Assembly (NCBI GenBank): GCA_965112155.1
Contig: OZ218098.1
DNA from: Podarcis liolepis
Lineage: Eukaryota
Length of the DNA stretch: 64,000 nt
Direction: 5' to 3' (one strand)
Shown: in pieces, positions 1-15,000 of the stretch
Position numbering within the stretch: the first letter of the stretch is position 1
Layout: each line of letters starts with the position of its first letter
Made by a program: the position numbers and the translations under genes
The notes under the pieces: model-generated
Database searches by the model: none
Told to the model about the DNA's origin: nothing
What the model saw: the letters and a program-made list of their open reading frames with translations, nothing else

Positions 1-194
1 TTAATTCGTTCTGGAGGTCCGTTCTTAACCTGAAGCACCACTTTAGCTAATGGGGCCTCCTACTGCCGCCAGAGCGCAATTTCTGTTCTCATCCTGAAGC
101 AAAGTTCTTAACCCGAGGTACTATTTCTGGGTTAGCAGAGTCTGTAACCTGAAGCGTATGTAACCTGAAGCGTATGTAACCCGAGGTACCACTG
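1..194. mobile_element. Tc1/mariner (Tigger-like) MITE, cut by the window edge
   Basis: Right TIR ...taacccgaggtaccactg followed by TA; near-identical to the copy at 18559. Confidence 0.85.
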
Positions 195-863
195 TATTAA
201 AATTGCACCCATTACCATCAAGTGAAGGGGGGAGGAAATACCCACTTGCAGAAGATCATTAAATCCAGAGTTTAACGTTACAGAACTGTATCTTGGCAGT
301 GCCCTACGCTGGCTTTGAACATGGCTGCCTATGTTAGGCAGCCAATTCAGAAATGCTTTCAAGAGTAACCCCAGCCATGACTACCAAAGTGTCTGGTTAG
401 ATTCTGTACACCTTGGCAAGAGAATCAGAATCAGCTGTGTGCACTATCTGGGCTTTAAGAACAAGAAAAGAATTTCTCCCTCACATGAAAGCTAGAGCCT
501 AGATAACTGCAATTGGGCAGGAGGAGTCAAATGCATAAGGTGCTGTCAACAATGTGCATGTGCAGTGGGGAAAAGATTATGTACAAAGCTTACGAAAATA
601 CGTTACACGAGCACAGCTGCTGCTTTGACACAGCAGAAATTATGCACATAATACAGGAATGGTGTGATGATACACTTTACATTACAAAATCACCGACAAT
701 CCCCACCCCTTCCCAAAAGTCTGCCACTCTTCTAACATTGAAGGATGGGTAGGAGGGAACAGGTGAGAATATCAAACATTTGAGGTACAAATGTAATTAC
801 AATCATCATTGCAGTATCTCTCTCAGTCCTGCAGTGTGAGCAGCTTTTAAAGAAAGACCAGTC

Positions 864-869
864 TTTATT
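864..869 (-). terminator. Candidate polyadenylation signal AATAAA for SYT12 (would give a ~3.4-kb 3'UTR)
   Basis: tttatt on + strand. Another AATAAA exists near 1960-1965, so usage is unverified. Confidence 0.3.
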
Positions 870-3394
870 TATCCCAAAAGTAAATGTATCCTACAAGAAG
901 TGTATCTTCAGAGAAAAGTCACAGGAAAGACAAGTTTGTGTTTTATGGCCAGCATGATCGTATTATGCTGATGGCAGATAAATTGGAATTTCATCCTATC
1001 CAAGTCTTGAAATACATCGTCTGGCCATGGTAGAGGGACTGGGTGAGGCAGGCCAAACCTATACAAGTTCAAGATGATAATGGACAGCGCAGGTAGTGTG
1101 GCCTGGAGCTAGAATGAGCAAGGAACACCTGTTCTTCACTGCTGACACCTTGGGGTGCTCTTCAGCCAATTGCTTAATGGTTGGAGATGGCCAGGAGTGC
1201 TTTGCCACTGCTTCTCCTTGCAAGAAGGATGTCTTCATTTTTGTCCTGTTCAGGTTTCCCTTTGTCATCTCAAGGGTTGGTTATTGGAAATGGAAGATGC
1301 AAAGGGGGACACCTTTAGTGACTGCTCAAGCTTTGCAGTCTACTTTCTGAGAGTCAGGGGTTGCCAGGAGCACATTACACCAGGTCTCTACCAACCACAC
1401 AGCATCTCTGTGTTTCACAAGCACAACTATTGTAAGCTGCCATGGAGGCCCAGGGCCAGGATGGTAGGAGAAAAATGTTAAAGATGAATAAATGCATTTC
1501 AACATGCTGGTTTTGACCTACCCCCTGCCCCCACATGAATTAGACCATATGTACATCCCCTGGCACCTAATCTGAATTCCAGTTTGGAAATTTGTTGACG
1601 TGTCCCTGAGAAAGAAACCTGTTCAAATCATTTGACCCCAATTTTTTAAAAAAACCTTTTCCCCCCTGGGGCAACCAGGGATTTCCTCCCTTCTTGAAAT
1701 TGGTGCCTTCCTGTTTATCCTTCCAATGTGCCTTGATATCATATTTCAAATGCCACCCTAATCTTTGAGATCAGCTGGTTATAATTTCCGTAGCAAAGTT
1801 TATGCAATAAGGGCATTAAGAGAGGTAATTATGGAGGGTCACCTTAAAATTCTCTCTTCTCTTTTCCCAGCAATTCCAAGCTTGAATATTTTTCAGGGAT
1901 AGACATAATTAAGTTAGGATTAAAGAGGCAAGGGCATTTTTAAATTCTGGGATGGCCTATTTATTTTCTTAAGATTCTTTCAAACATCAGTTGCATTTGG
2001 TTTTAATCTGCTATTGCTTTCAACTGTTGTGATGCTCATGCTTGATCATTTCTGCAGCTTTCTTAATTGATTTCTGATTGTTTCATTCTGACGATGTCAT
2101 CATTTTAATAAGCAAAGCATCATGGGATTCATAAGGATATAGGACTACCTTCCTACCATCACTGTTCTCCTTGGCACATAGCAAAGCTTCCACTTGAAAG
2201 GAACTTTTCACACTTTTCTTAAGAGTCCTTGGGACACCTGAGCTCAATGAATCCAGATGTCTCTCTTTTTGATGGTTCTGTCCAGTTGCTAAAGCCAGCC
2301 CTACTGTGGTATTTGGTTGCACAGAAGGCAAATTAAGCAGCTGTCTAGCTTTATCAAATGGGGTGGAGAATAATCTCCCTTCCAATCTATGTAAAACGTA
2401 TTAACAACAGAATTGCTCAGGCCTTAGCAAAGCGATAAATGTTCACTCTTGATGGAGTTTGCCAAGGTTCAGGAGGCCGAAAAGGAAAGTGCTTTCTTGA
2501 TAAACTCCAAATGTCAAATGGGCTTATGTTCAACATAAAGTTACCCTTTTAATATCAGCATTTCTGCTCTTTCATGGTTAAAGTTGAGCAGGCTTGACAT
2601 CCTCAGAGAATTGCTTAAAAAAAAGAAAGAAAAAGAGTTAAAGCTTGAGTGGCCTCTAATGCTTTTCAGATCATTAGCGCTTGTGTTTTCCATTTTGCTT
2701 TATGAAGTGTGTATAGCTAAGCCAAGCAGCAAATTCTTCAACAGCGAAAGAGCTCTAGATACAAAGCCACGTGCCTTTAAATTGGGTGGCAGAATGGCTT
2801 GGGAGAATGGAGTAGGGTTAGGGTACCCATTTTACTGATATTCCTTTCCTCAAAATTTTACTAAAATCACATATTTGCTTATTTTAAGCCAGCTCAATGA
2901 CCGATTTTCATGATACTTTGTCATTAAAAACAAAACGGTTTTGTTTTTTTCTTGATTTTTCCCTTTCCCAGCAACCCTGCATCCCCCTGAATGGCAAGCA
3001 AAGGGCCTGCTATCTATGGACCGCTTGGATTGACATGTGATTCATGTGCTCAAAATGGCAATGGAACATCTGCTCTGATGAGAAAGCATCTAAGTGATGC
3101 TGCTGCTATCACTGGGAGGGGGGGCATCAGGATTAAACAGCATTACATGGTAGTCTAGATCATGCTTTGATGGTCATCTCTGACCATGCTGGACACTTTG
3201 TGGTTAATGCTACCAAGCCTATTGTAAGTTGCTTGGATATCTATTCTGTAACAAGCAGCAGACAAGTTTAAATGAATGATGCCACCAGGGCAACAAACAA
3301 ACAAACCAGCGTAGCCTATGTTACTCTGAGGTCTAATTTATGGTAGCATGAGGTGCAAGAAGTAGGTTTGCTTTAGGCATCTGACAAAAGAAGC

Positions 3395-3532
3395 TAGGAA
3401 CAGGGAACCTGGAGTCCTCCAAATGTTGCTGGACTGCAATTCCCGTCACCTATGATCGTGGACCATGCTGGTGGGGCTGCTGGGAGTTGGAGTCCCAATG
3501 ATTTCTGGAGGGCCACAGGTTCCCTATTCCTG
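3395..3532. mobile_element. Short palindromic MITE (ggact.caa.tccc family); other copies near 13320-13445, 23200-23336, 31365-31470, 45545-45660, 48130-48220
   Basis: Inverted ends gggaacctg / caggttccc and the recurring ggact.caa.tccc...gggag.tg.agtcc core. Confidence 0.7.
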
Positions 3533-3840
3533 TAATAGGCTACAATAGTTGGTCTCCTGCTGCTCTTTGTAGCAATAGGCAAACATGACTACTCTTCTAG
3601 AATTGGAACCATGGATGGAGATGCATTTGATGATGGTTCCATGAAGTTATGATCTTAAGCTCATTTATGCTGGAATCTCTGAATCGAACGGGATTTTCCT
3701 GCCAAAAAATGTGACAAATATAAAACTGTGATCTCAATCATGCCTATTTCAAAGCAAGATCTATTAAATTCAGTGGCTCTAACCTCCAAGTAGATGCATT
3801 TAAGATCTAAGTGGAGTCAAATGGATATAGATATCTATAG

Positions 3841-3842
<2 letters not shown>

Positions 3843-3874
<32 letters not shown>
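3843..3874. repeat. (CA)n microsatellite in the presumptive SYT12 3'UTR
   Basis: Direct inspection. Confidence 0.95.
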
Positions 3875-3876
<2 letters not shown>

Positions 3877-4298
3877 ACACAAAGCTTTCCCCCTTGACCC
3901 TCGGGGCTGGAGGAAGGCCGCATGGGACTCTTAATTCCTAGTAAAAAAAACAAATTTACTAAATGACTGGTTCTCCAAGCTGGTGATTTTAGAGTGATGG
4001 AGGCAAAAGGCCACCCTATTTGTCAGCAAGCTACTTCAGGGCAGTCCCTTGTACTTGAATGGCTTCCTCTCTTACGGGTTTCAGTTGTCTGAAGCTTTTC
4101 CAAGGCTTGTGTGGTTCCATTTGGCAACTGAACATCCCCCCCCTTTCCTGTTGCTGCAACTCCATTTTGTGAAGAATATTTGGAGAAAAAATAAGTTTTC
4201 GTTCCTAGCTATAATGAACTCCATTTGCCAACAGTATCTGCCTACTGATAGAGTTTAGGCACCAAGTTGGATTATTCACAGCAAGGTGCAAGCATGCC

Positions 4299-4472
4299 TT
4301 AGCTTCGCCGAAGTGGGTGCCACATGGACACAGGCTTCCTCAAGGTGGCCAACATCTGGTTCCAATGCGTGATGCCCATCCCACCTGCAGCTGGGCCTAT
4401 GACAACATGGCCAATGTTTTCAGCTCTCCCGTCTTCACAACACTCTGCGACAGTCACCCGAAGAGACAGTTC
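4299..4472 (-). CDS. SYT12: SYT12 last coding exon (C2B end, stop TAA)
   Basis: Acceptor ccttgcag; [10 protein letters not shown]...[22 protein letters not shown]; TAA at 4301-4299. Confidence 0.96.
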   Translation of the reverse strand, partial: ELSLRVTVAECCEDGRAENIGHVVIGPAAGGMGITHWNQMLATLRKPVSMWHPLRRS

Positions 4473-7400
4473 CTGCAAGGACACAAGCGGATATTAGCAA
4501 AATTCCATTGACCCAATTTTTACCACCATCAGATGTAGTTTGAGAAGTGGCTGTAGGTACCCTTGAAAAGCACTCTTAATTTTCCACTACTGATTATATA
4601 TAGAATTCACATTCTGAATTCATGTCCTCATTCCATTCAGAAAAGTAACAATGCAGCACAATGAGATCTGGCAACAATGCAGAATTGCCCAACTGGATCT
4701 CAAAATCAACCCTGGGGCTGGAAGTATGCTGGGCCTGAAAAACTTGAGGGGGAAAGACAACACCTTGATTTTTGGTGCAGCATCACTTAGGAGGACACCA
4801 AAATGCTCCTTCCAATATCAGAACCACCATATGGGAATGCTTAGCCTCGTAGCCCTCCACTATGAGTTATTAAGGAATGCAACATTTCACTAGCCATCAG
4901 CAACAGCTAGTTTCTTTCCTGTTTGACAAGTAAGCCCTAAGGGCCTTTCAGGCACCTGTAAAATTTGTGTGCAATGAAACATTACTTCTCTTTCCCTTAC
5001 ATATTAGTACAACTTCGAGAACCTTTGCCCTAACCCCCATGAATTTGCATCATCCTCAAGAAGGGACAGGAGAAGCCACAGCAGTCGGCCTTTGCTTGGT
5101 CGTTATGGTAACCCATCCTTTTTCTTGTCTCCTTTGAAGATGATTTCGTTAGATATGTTATATTAGCTCCCAGCACCGAAGCTTCTGAATGACTGAAAAG
5201 CAAATGAAATTATATATTCGGCCTTGCAGGTGATGCAATGATTGTGTTTACATCTCCTGTACTGGTTTTTCTTTCCCAGGGTTTAATTTGAAAGTCTCTG
5301 CCTTGAATGCCAAAAACCTTGTGGGCGGAATCTATCACCAATCAAGAAAAGCTTCTGAACGGTGAAAGATTCATTAAAATTATAGATGTCAGCCGCAGTG
5401 AGGAAGAAATGAGTGCTACATTCTTATTATGACTTAGCTGGATACTGTTGTCTACTAATGATTTTGTCTGGGTTAATCTGAAGGCCACCTTTGCTGCCCA
5501 GTAAAAGACAACATAGCATGTTAACAAGAACAAAGAAAATGCAGGACAATACATGACATGGTTAGTTAAGAGATTTCTCCATCACCAATACATGTTTGGT
5601 TTGTTTCCTCTGGACTAAACAAACAAATTAACCCTCACCATTCAGATCACCAGTGTTGGCAAAAGGGCAATGTCTAACCCTTGAAGAAGGCTCTTGCCCT
5701 GGGCATGCCAGTTTATATCCCGTTTAATTTCATGTTCATTAGGATGTCCTCAGCCACAGCCAGCCCTTCATCACTTGGGTGAGCTTCTAAGATGAACAGA
5801 GCTAACATAAGTTGACGATGAAGAGAATCTCTCTCTGTACTGTTTTCCTAGAATTTCATTCCGAAGAGAAGTATCTGCATCACCTAAGGCTTTGTCATTA
5901 ACATTTGTGAATGGTACCATTTGAAGCAGGTTTGTATTTTCAGGAGCATGGATTGTGAAGGGAAGGAGCTTTAACCCTTTGCCCCAGCCATGGGCCCAGT
6001 TGGAAATGCCCTCTCCCCCACCATGCCTGCTATTCACAGAGGATTCCTATGACTGTGAGTGGTGAGAGGTTCCAGGAGCAAAACTGCCAGGTTTAGGTTC
6101 TTTTGGATGAGAGTGCCCTGGAGACTTCAAAAGTTTGCTTTATTTATAAGTGGAGCATAGTGGAGGCAAGCCATTGGAGCGGGTGGCCATCATATTGTGG
6201 GAAGGAATTCCACAGTGTAACTACGTGTTGTGTGAAGAAGCACCTTCTTTGTCCATCCACTTTTAATGGCTGGCAAAAAAATCTGGATTCGACCAGTGAC
6301 ATGTGTGCACACAAGTGGACCGGCATGAGACAAAGCAGATGGAATCATTACGGGCACAGCTGTCACACACCAAAATGACTTGTGAACTGGGCTTGAGATG
6401 AAATTGCTTCTAGCCTTTTCCAGTAGGCAGACCTTCACAGTAAGATTCTAGGATTAACCAAGGAATAGTTGGACTGAATTTTATGAGCCCTTTAACATTT
6501 TTTGGTGTATTTCATAGCCGGGCAGGCTGATCCTATGAACTGGTAGGAGAGGGTAAGTTTCCCCTGGGTGCTCTTGGTGTGAACTGTATGCCTGACGCTA
6601 TAGACTGTGCTCTTAGCAATGCAGTAGCTCAATGGATGGTGCTGTAATCGTCCCTGTGAACCTGGAGGCTCTTACCTGTAGAACAATTGCTGGCACTGAG
6701 AAAATCATGGCTTCATTAAACACTGGGTTTGTGTCATCTCTCTTTGTCGCAGTCTTCTTCTTACTGATCTTTCTCCCGTCTTGCAGCAAGTACACTTTGA
6801 CAAAAGGATCTGATAGGATGGTAAGAAGAGGATGGTTTTTACTGGGTCCCCGGGGGAAATTGTTTCTTGTATGCAGACTTAACCTCTGAAAAGATGTAGT
6901 ATCTGAAGCTGGTGCTACTTTCAGTAAAACACACCGCTATATTATTTAACAGCAGGTGTTTGTACAGGCAAGACCTTCATATATGGGACTTAACTTTTTT
7001 TTTAGCTTAGTTTAGTTTTAAAGGGCTATAATCCACTCACAACATTTTGGAGAGCAAGGTAATATCCACAGGAAAAACATACAAGTTAGAAGGACTGGTC
7101 ATGTGCTCTTCACTTTTGATAACCAAGAGAAATCCACTTAATTAAAACTGGAAGCTAATTGATCACTTCTGAGGCTCTTCAAAGAGAATCACCCCCTACA
7201 GATATTCAGCTTCTGCTGATGGTTATTCAAGAAGCCCAAATAGGATGCCTAAGAGGGAGACTGTGGAACAGTTGATTACTACCCTGCTGAGGCAACTCAG
7301 AAGTTTTAAAATATTAGATGAAATTTGTTTTCAGTGGGTCTGCCCTGGATGCTATGATGAAGCCAGCTTAAAGGTGAATATGTCTGAGTCTGTGCACCTT

Positions 7401-10400
7401 AAGGTGCCTTACTTTCCCCTCTGAGTGGCATAACCTCACCACATGCAGCTGAAACTATAGGGCAGGCCCTCTAGAATCGCAGATTGGCACCAAGACAGAT
7501 TTGATTCCCAGCTCATCTCCTCCTAACAACTAACCACTAAGAACAAGGAATGCCCAGAGCTTGACAGCAGTCTCTAGGAGAGCACTAAAGAAGACACTGA
7601 GGTCCAAACTAAATGCCATGGGGGAGACAATGCATAATGAATGCATTTATGTCTCTCTCTCTACATTTCTTTCAATTGGCCCAATTGTAAGGAACAATTG
7701 GGACTGTGACCACAGGGTGGGCTAACCATTTCTCCCCACACCATTTTCACAATAAAAATTGTGATCACAGGCATGACTAATTTACCCACTGTGGACTAAG
7801 GCAACATCTTCACACTCTATCCAGTCACAGCTGCAGGGCAGGGCGGAGGAGCTTTGCAAAACTGTTTACTGACCTGCAGTCATTTTCCCATTGGTCCACA
7901 CAAGATTCTTGGCCTTAACCACAACTACTGTCAACCGCTCTGCCGTTGGGAGATAGCTAAGAGAAAGCAGAATTTCACCCACTGAATCAGTTGCCTGCAG
8001 GGAATAAGAAGGAGACAGGTGACTGCTCATTAAATGGCCTTATAACAAAATGAATGGTAGAGATTACTACTCTAGCTCAAGGCAGTGGGGAACATTAGAA
8101 AGCAACTGAGCTATATAAAAAGGTAGCATTTGAGGGCAAATGCCCTCAACATTTGAGGGCCAATTCAGTCAATTTTGATGGTTGCCAAGGGCACCGCTAT
8201 CCGAAGGGGCTGAATATCCTTGCCCCATCCATTCTCCAGAACCCTACTGCCCTCTGCCCTGCTACAATAAGCTACCTTGTTCATGTCCTGTAGATACAGC
8301 CATGCATTGAAGGGCCTGATGGAGAGATCCAAGTCTGACAACTTCAGCTCAGCGACTCCAGTGCTGATGTTCCTTTCGTCTTCATCTATGCCAAAGATGG
8401 AAAACCTCAAGCTGTTTTCTTCGAGTGCAGAAGGGTCCAAGGGGATTGAAAACCTCTCATCGAAGAAGACTGAGTAGGCAGTCCTTTGGATCTGCACAGA
8501 TAAAAAGGAAGCACAGGAGAGGGTTGAAATGCCAGGTGAGGAAAAAACACAGGAACATAGGAAGCTGCTATATGTGCAGACGTGAATGGCACAGGGATAT
8601 CAGTTGACAGAAGGCCAGCAAAATACATTCTTGAGAAAGCTTCTGCTCCTGGAAACACAGAGGCTGTGCACACACTATACCTTCAAAGGATATTCAAAGC
8701 ACATTCTTTCCCTCCAAGAATACTGTTAAGAACTGCTGGGAATTGTAACTCCATGGGGGGTAAACTATAGTGCCGAGTAGTGTGTACACAGCCTAACACA
8801 CTTTCAACAGATCAGCATCTCTGAAGATTCACAGTTTCAAAGCCCAGCAAATGGACAGGAACTCTGGAACGACACATTCAAACACCACACATATATCATA
8901 ATATCACAAATGGACGGATTTGGTAACTGGTGCAGAATCAACAATCAAGTTTTTCAGTTTTCTTTTCCCTTCCCCCTCATTTTTCACCTTTATGGCAGTG
9001 AAATTTCTAAAGCGAGAGGGTAGCTGAATAGGATTTCCACTCCACTCCACATCTAGGTGAAGCAGAATGAATGTACAAAATAAAAGCAACTGTTTTCTTT
9101 TTCTTCCACTTCCGTCCTCATTTTATCCTCACAATAACCTCACGACTTGGACCTTTGCAAATGCAGTGAGATTTATGGTTCAGCAGATATTTAAACTCAG
9201 GTTTCCCTTGGGTCTCCTCTAACCACTATACCACATAGTCTCTATGTGCAAATGTGCTTAATTTATTCTAGTTGCAAGATTTGGTTCTTTCCCCCAGCTC
9301 TGTTCTAGAAATACAGGCATTAATATAACTTATCTGAGAAGACAAACAAGCAGTTATTTGGGTGCCAGTGTCAATCTGTGCTACCTAAGGACCTGTGCCC
9401 TTCAACTATTTGCCTAGGATACACTTCCTCTGTTTCTGCCTCTTGGGATGTCCCACGTGCTCTTGATCTGCACTGATGACTTTCCAACTACGTATTGATC
9501 TTCTTCAGGTTCCATGCTGTCAGGTCTCCTTTTATACATATCACCTGCTGCTGCCAGCTGAGCACCACTGCTGTCCTGTTCTCTCAGGGACACCTTCCAC
9601 ACACTCAGGTAGAAGGGAACTCCCAAGCAACCGGCTCGCTCCATGTGCAAAATCCGTAACATTGGTTTCTGTCGGTGATTCCTCTCTGAATAATGTGTTT
9701 CGTGCACTTTGCTGATTAGAGCATTTTCCTTGTGCCCACTTTCAGAGCATTTGCACTGCACAATTCATGATTTAGCTGCTTAAGCAATAATAATACAGTT
9801 TCTGAAATACGGAATCTTGTGCCCAGAATGGCTCCCTAAGGCACAGCCAATCATTACATGCAGGCAGACACACATTGTCATAACGTAGACACTGGCCAGG
9901 AGATGCTGGCTGGGTTAACTTACTTCTGAGGGATGCCCTCAAACCTCTCAGCCACATTGGCCATGTTTGCGTGGTTTAAATGTGAATAAACAGACAGCTG
10001 GTCCCTGCTGCTTTAAAATCCCCACTTCGCTCTTAGCTGCTACCCTGGGAGCAACAAACAGCAAGGTTTGGCTTTACTGTCTGAGCTGAGGCACACATTT
10101 TGTTTCTCCTCAAACAAACCACAAACCTCTGTTCAGAGCCCATGAAAAGCTAATAATAATTTATAATTATTTGTACCCTGCCCATCCAGCTGGGCCTCCC
10201 CAGCTAAACCCTGTCGTTGTTGTTCCTGGAGGTGGCAAAGTCAGGAGATGGGAAGATGGCACCTTCTTCATGCAGAAATCCCCTCTTCAACGCAACCATT
10301 AAGAGTGCAGGAGCCTTGCCCCCCCCCTTATCACGGGGGCCTTGCAACTTGAAGACATCCAATGCAAAATAGGAATGGGTCAGGTTTTCTCATGTTCTGA

Positions 10401-11990
10401 GTGCCTCCCCATGATCTGACCCTCTCCCCCTCACAAGATGCTAGTTATACTGTCCCAAAAATGGTGGGGGGGGGGGCGGGGGGAATGCCTTAGATAGTGG
10501 GTAAAAGTAACACAGCCCTCACTTCCTGTTTCCACTTGAAACCTGCCATTTGGGGTTGAAGGACATTATACAGAAAGGGAGAGTTCTCTGTGGGCAATGC
10601 CAGATTTTCCTAGTATGAATTGCCACCAAAAGAGTTAAGATTAGTTGGAAACAGAACAAGCCAAACAAAAACGATACTGCTGTGTACACCCTAGACCTTT
10701 AAAATACATTTGAAGCACAATTATTTTCCTCAAAGTATTATGGGCAGTTTGCCCCCCCCCCCACAAAATTACAATCTCCAGCAACCATTTAAAGGCATGG
10801 CGCATACAGGGAGAGGAGGACCCTGTGGAAAACCTTCCTATAAAGAAATCTTGCACCCTGTTTGTAGTAACCGATAGCCCTTACTTCTCTACATGACTTC
10901 AGACTCAGAGACAAAGCAGTAAGAAGGCATTTGCTGCTTACACAGACAAAGAGGCGGCACATTTTGTGGTCTTGCGGAAATGAAAATGGCTGTTGCCCTC
11001 TCCCCACCCCAAGCAGCCAGCTCATGCAAGTTTCTCCACACAGTCATGCCCCCAAAGAGAATAGCATCTGCATAAAAAGGAGGGCAGCACTTGCTTGTGT
11101 GAGCCAGGCTTTAAAGATACATAAAGGCAGGATCTGTGGATTTCATCTCACCCAGGGATTTATTTGGGGCTCTTGGACTTTCTTTTTCCAGGCTGCATCC
11201 CAAATGACTTTTTAGTGCACATGAGCAGAGAACAGGAAACGAGCAATGAAAGGATAATCTGCATGCCTGGGAGAAGACATGGAAGCTTTGAGCTGGCTTA
11301 AGGGTGGTGGTGGGGCTTGCCCTAGAAGCACATTTTTCTGGGAAATGACCACATCATGTTTTCATGTGTCTTAGGACAGAGGAAGGAATGTGCAAGGAGA
11401 AGCAGAAGCCTCTCTCTAGGCTGGCTAGGAACAAGAGCTACCTTCCATCTTCAATATTTCTGCCAAAGGGGAGTTTCTGTGGGCGCCACTTACAATCTCT
11501 GGGAGCTTGGCAAGTGTGAGAAGAGCTGTGCCAGATGAACTGATTAGTAGCTATATAGATGCAGGACAAAGGGCAGGAACACAGACATCCCCACTGCTTC
11601 ACACATTCAGAACAGTGCCTCCTCCATATTTGCACTGAGGGTTGGAACTCCCTCCCAGGGGAAAGCTATTCCACCCCATCTGTCAGCCTTCCAGGAAAAA
11701 GGCTGTGCTGTTCCCACGGGCATTCAAAATCCTCTTGAGTTTAAAGGGATCCCCCTTCCTGACTGCTCTCTTTTCTTTCTTATGGCTTTTGGTTTTTGTT
11801 TACTGCCACTGCCTAATTGATTAATTAGTTGCTGGTTGGCTGCTTCTTGTGCTTCAGTTTGTATTAATAGGTATTTTGTGTTTAAATACTGTCAGCTGCC
11901 TTGAATATCGTTTTGCTTCAAAAAAGGAAAGACAGGATATACGCATTTTAAAATAAAGTAAGAAAAATATTTGTGTGTGTGTGTGTGTGT

Positions 11991-12036
<46 letters not shown>

Positions 12037-15000
12037 AGTGATGAGATCCCTCACTTCTTTTCCTTTGCTTAAAGAAAAAGCTATGGGGAGAGGCTGACTT
12101 GGATTGTGTCCACAGCTCTAGGGAAGGGGGCTAACCCCTTCCCCCCTGCACCATTTCCCCTATTTGAATCACCCCTTTCCAACTGCTGCAGAGAAGGGAA
12201 AGACAGGGTCATAAATGTGACAGATTAAACCTAACAAGCAAATGATGCCTATTTGCATTCCACTAGTGTTAAGACTTAACCACTGCATATATTAAAAGGC
12301 CTGGGGAACATAGCTCAAGGTCACTTGACAGCCAAGCCCATTTTTCATCCGGGATACCACCACCCCCTCACATAATTTGGTAAGGGACTATGCACATGCC
12401 TAAAGGCACCCTTTGTTATTAGTTTTTCTGCTCTGGTGCTTAACCCTGGCTCAGAGCCAACATGGAATAAAGCTCAGAGTGTCAAGACTAAGGCTGTGGA
12501 TTCAAATCTGTGCTCAGGCATGAAGTCGGCTGGGTGATCTAGGGCCAATTACTGTCTCTCAGAGAGGAGTTGTGAAGATCAGCTCATGGGAGGGAAGATG
12601 GGAATTAAATGTTGCAAAGTAAGTGCTTTAATCAGAATCAGGACCAAGCCCTGGACGCTGAGCAAATCACACCCACCCACCCGGGCTTGTATTTTGATCA
12701 CCAGTAGGAAAAGAACATTTAACTCCTAATCCTCACTTCACACTGCAATTAACAAAGGAGACACATCATACTGAGGGAAGATTTCAGATACAAATTAGAA
12801 GATTTTTTTTCCCCTTGGCCTGCCTCTGAGAATGTAAATTTACAAAGTGAACCACCACCTCCTTCTCCTCACCCGCTTCTGTCTCCCATTCTGAGGGTGC
12901 GTGGGAGGTTTGCTAAATAAATGATCAACCATGCAGCACAAAGTCAAAGAGGCAGACACTTTGGTATTTGAAAGGAAATACTGTAAACAATGTCCATTCA
13001 TAAGAGAATCTTCCTTCCTTCCCAACCACCCACCTACCCCTTCCCCCATTTTCTCCCACCCCCCACTGATGAACTTATCAATGCTGAGCTGCTCATTGCA
13101 TCAGCTTCCACCTCACTGAAGCAAGAACTGCAATTTCAGTCAAAAATCTACAGGGGGGAAAGACATTTTCTGCAGCTATTTTCTACAGTAGGGCCACCAG
13201 CGTGACAAGAATGCATGCTAGAAACAGCGACCCCTTTTGTACTGCCATGCTCCAAGCCTTGTGATTTGGAAGCAATCATGGACAAAATCTTCTTCTAATC
13301 GACACCAGCCTTCCCAAGTTCACCTCCCTCCAGGTGTTCTTGGACTATGGCCCCTCATCAGACCCAGCCAGCATGGCCAACCGTCAAAGATGATGGGGAC
13401 TGCAGTTCAAAAAAATTGGAGGGCACCACGTTCAGGAAGTCTGGTCTACAAATATGTGGCCACTGCTCCACTAGTGCAAGATATGGAACCTACAACACTT
13501 TCCTCCCTTCCAGGGGCTGTTCTGAGGGTTCACTTGACCCGCCACCAGAACTAATTTGGGAGTGGGCAGGGAGAAGAGAGGGGAAAGGCCCTGTTGCACT
13601 AGTGGAAGTCATTGCATGGGCTTCCACAAGTAGAACTAGTTAGCAGAACCCTGCCCTCAGGCTATTGTGACCACTCTCTACCATCCTGTTCCTTGGAAGT
13701 CCCTGCATTTCATCCTTATGTACTGCAAAATAAAAATATTCCATGCTGCTCTTAAATATGCTGCCCAAACTCTCTTTGATAACTAATAAAGATATGGGTG
13801 TGCTGTCTTCTTCTCCTACTTCTTGGGCCACCCTACTTTCCATGCTCTACTTTCACCCTACATTTAGTGCACAATCATGAATGTCAGAAGCAGGAAAAAG
13901 GTGTCATGATTCGATGAAGAACCTTCAAAGCTTCCTAGATGAAGCATGTGCCCATCCATGCAAAACAGGTGCTCACCTACAGCCTCTTCAAACCTTGGGA
14001 ATGGCAAAGCAGTCACCAATTTCCTGTCTTTGCCTTCAATTCTTCTCAGATGCCCTTGTTCCTGCACACTCATGACATTTTGCCCTCCCTGGTGCTTTTT
14101 CTCATTCTTAAGAACACCCGAAGGACCAGGATTTTCACATCAGGTTGCCCTCATTCTCCATCCTTTCTAGATCTTATTTGATTCTTCACCTTGCTCGGTA
14201 GTACATTACTAGTCACCTTTCTGGGCAAACCTGCTGCTTGGGAAAGCCTTGCAACACATTTGTAGAGCCAGCCATTGCCACAGAGAAGCTAGCTACTGTT
14301 AGCTTTTAGAAGCAGAGTCACTTCACTTATGGGTGTTTCAGTTATCAATATTGCCATCATATTTGTATTAAAAAGCACAAATTCTGCCGCAGGCTTAAAA
14401 CCTAACCAATTCTCCTCCCACCTGCTAAAAAACAAGAAACAAAATCCCACAGATAAAGAAACAAAACACCTTTACAACATGCAAACTCCCCCCCCCCCCC
14501 AGTCAATCAGGAATAGAGAAAGGTTTCAAGCAAAAGAGTGTGCAGAGTTCTGATGATATCAGCTCAGGATAAGTTTTCATGGCTTTCCACATGCTAAAAC
14601 AGAGGGAGAGGTACAGACAGCCTGGTAAAATGAGTTCCAGGGAAAGGGGACAGCAAGAGAGAAGGGAAGGAAGGAGGCAGGGGGGGGGGAATTAATCCAA
14701 TCCATAGACTGATGGGCACAACTAAGACGACAAGAATACAAGTAATGAAGAAGAGAAGGATAAGGCAGAAGAACAAAGAGCCCTTTGAACAAAAAGAAGT
14801 AAAAGCGGATCTGGCAAGCAAACAGGAGTCCTGGAGGGTGTGTAACAATGTGGAAACGGGAAGAAAATGGAGTATTGAAAAAGCCAACCAGGCAGAAGAA
14901 CTGAGATCAAATGAGGACTGGCTGAGGTGGTCCAGAAAGAATAAATGAGTGGTACAGTGACACTGCAGTAGAACTCAATATCCACAAAATGTCTTTTAAA

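Noticed and set aside
10462-10484. G-run as a G-quadruplex element
   Set aside because: A simple homopolymer tract; several similar G/C runs occur in the window without context.
14594-14887. Hydrophobic TM-like ORF on the minus strand
   Set aside because: Explained by pyrimidine-rich composition; no ATG start, splice support or homology.
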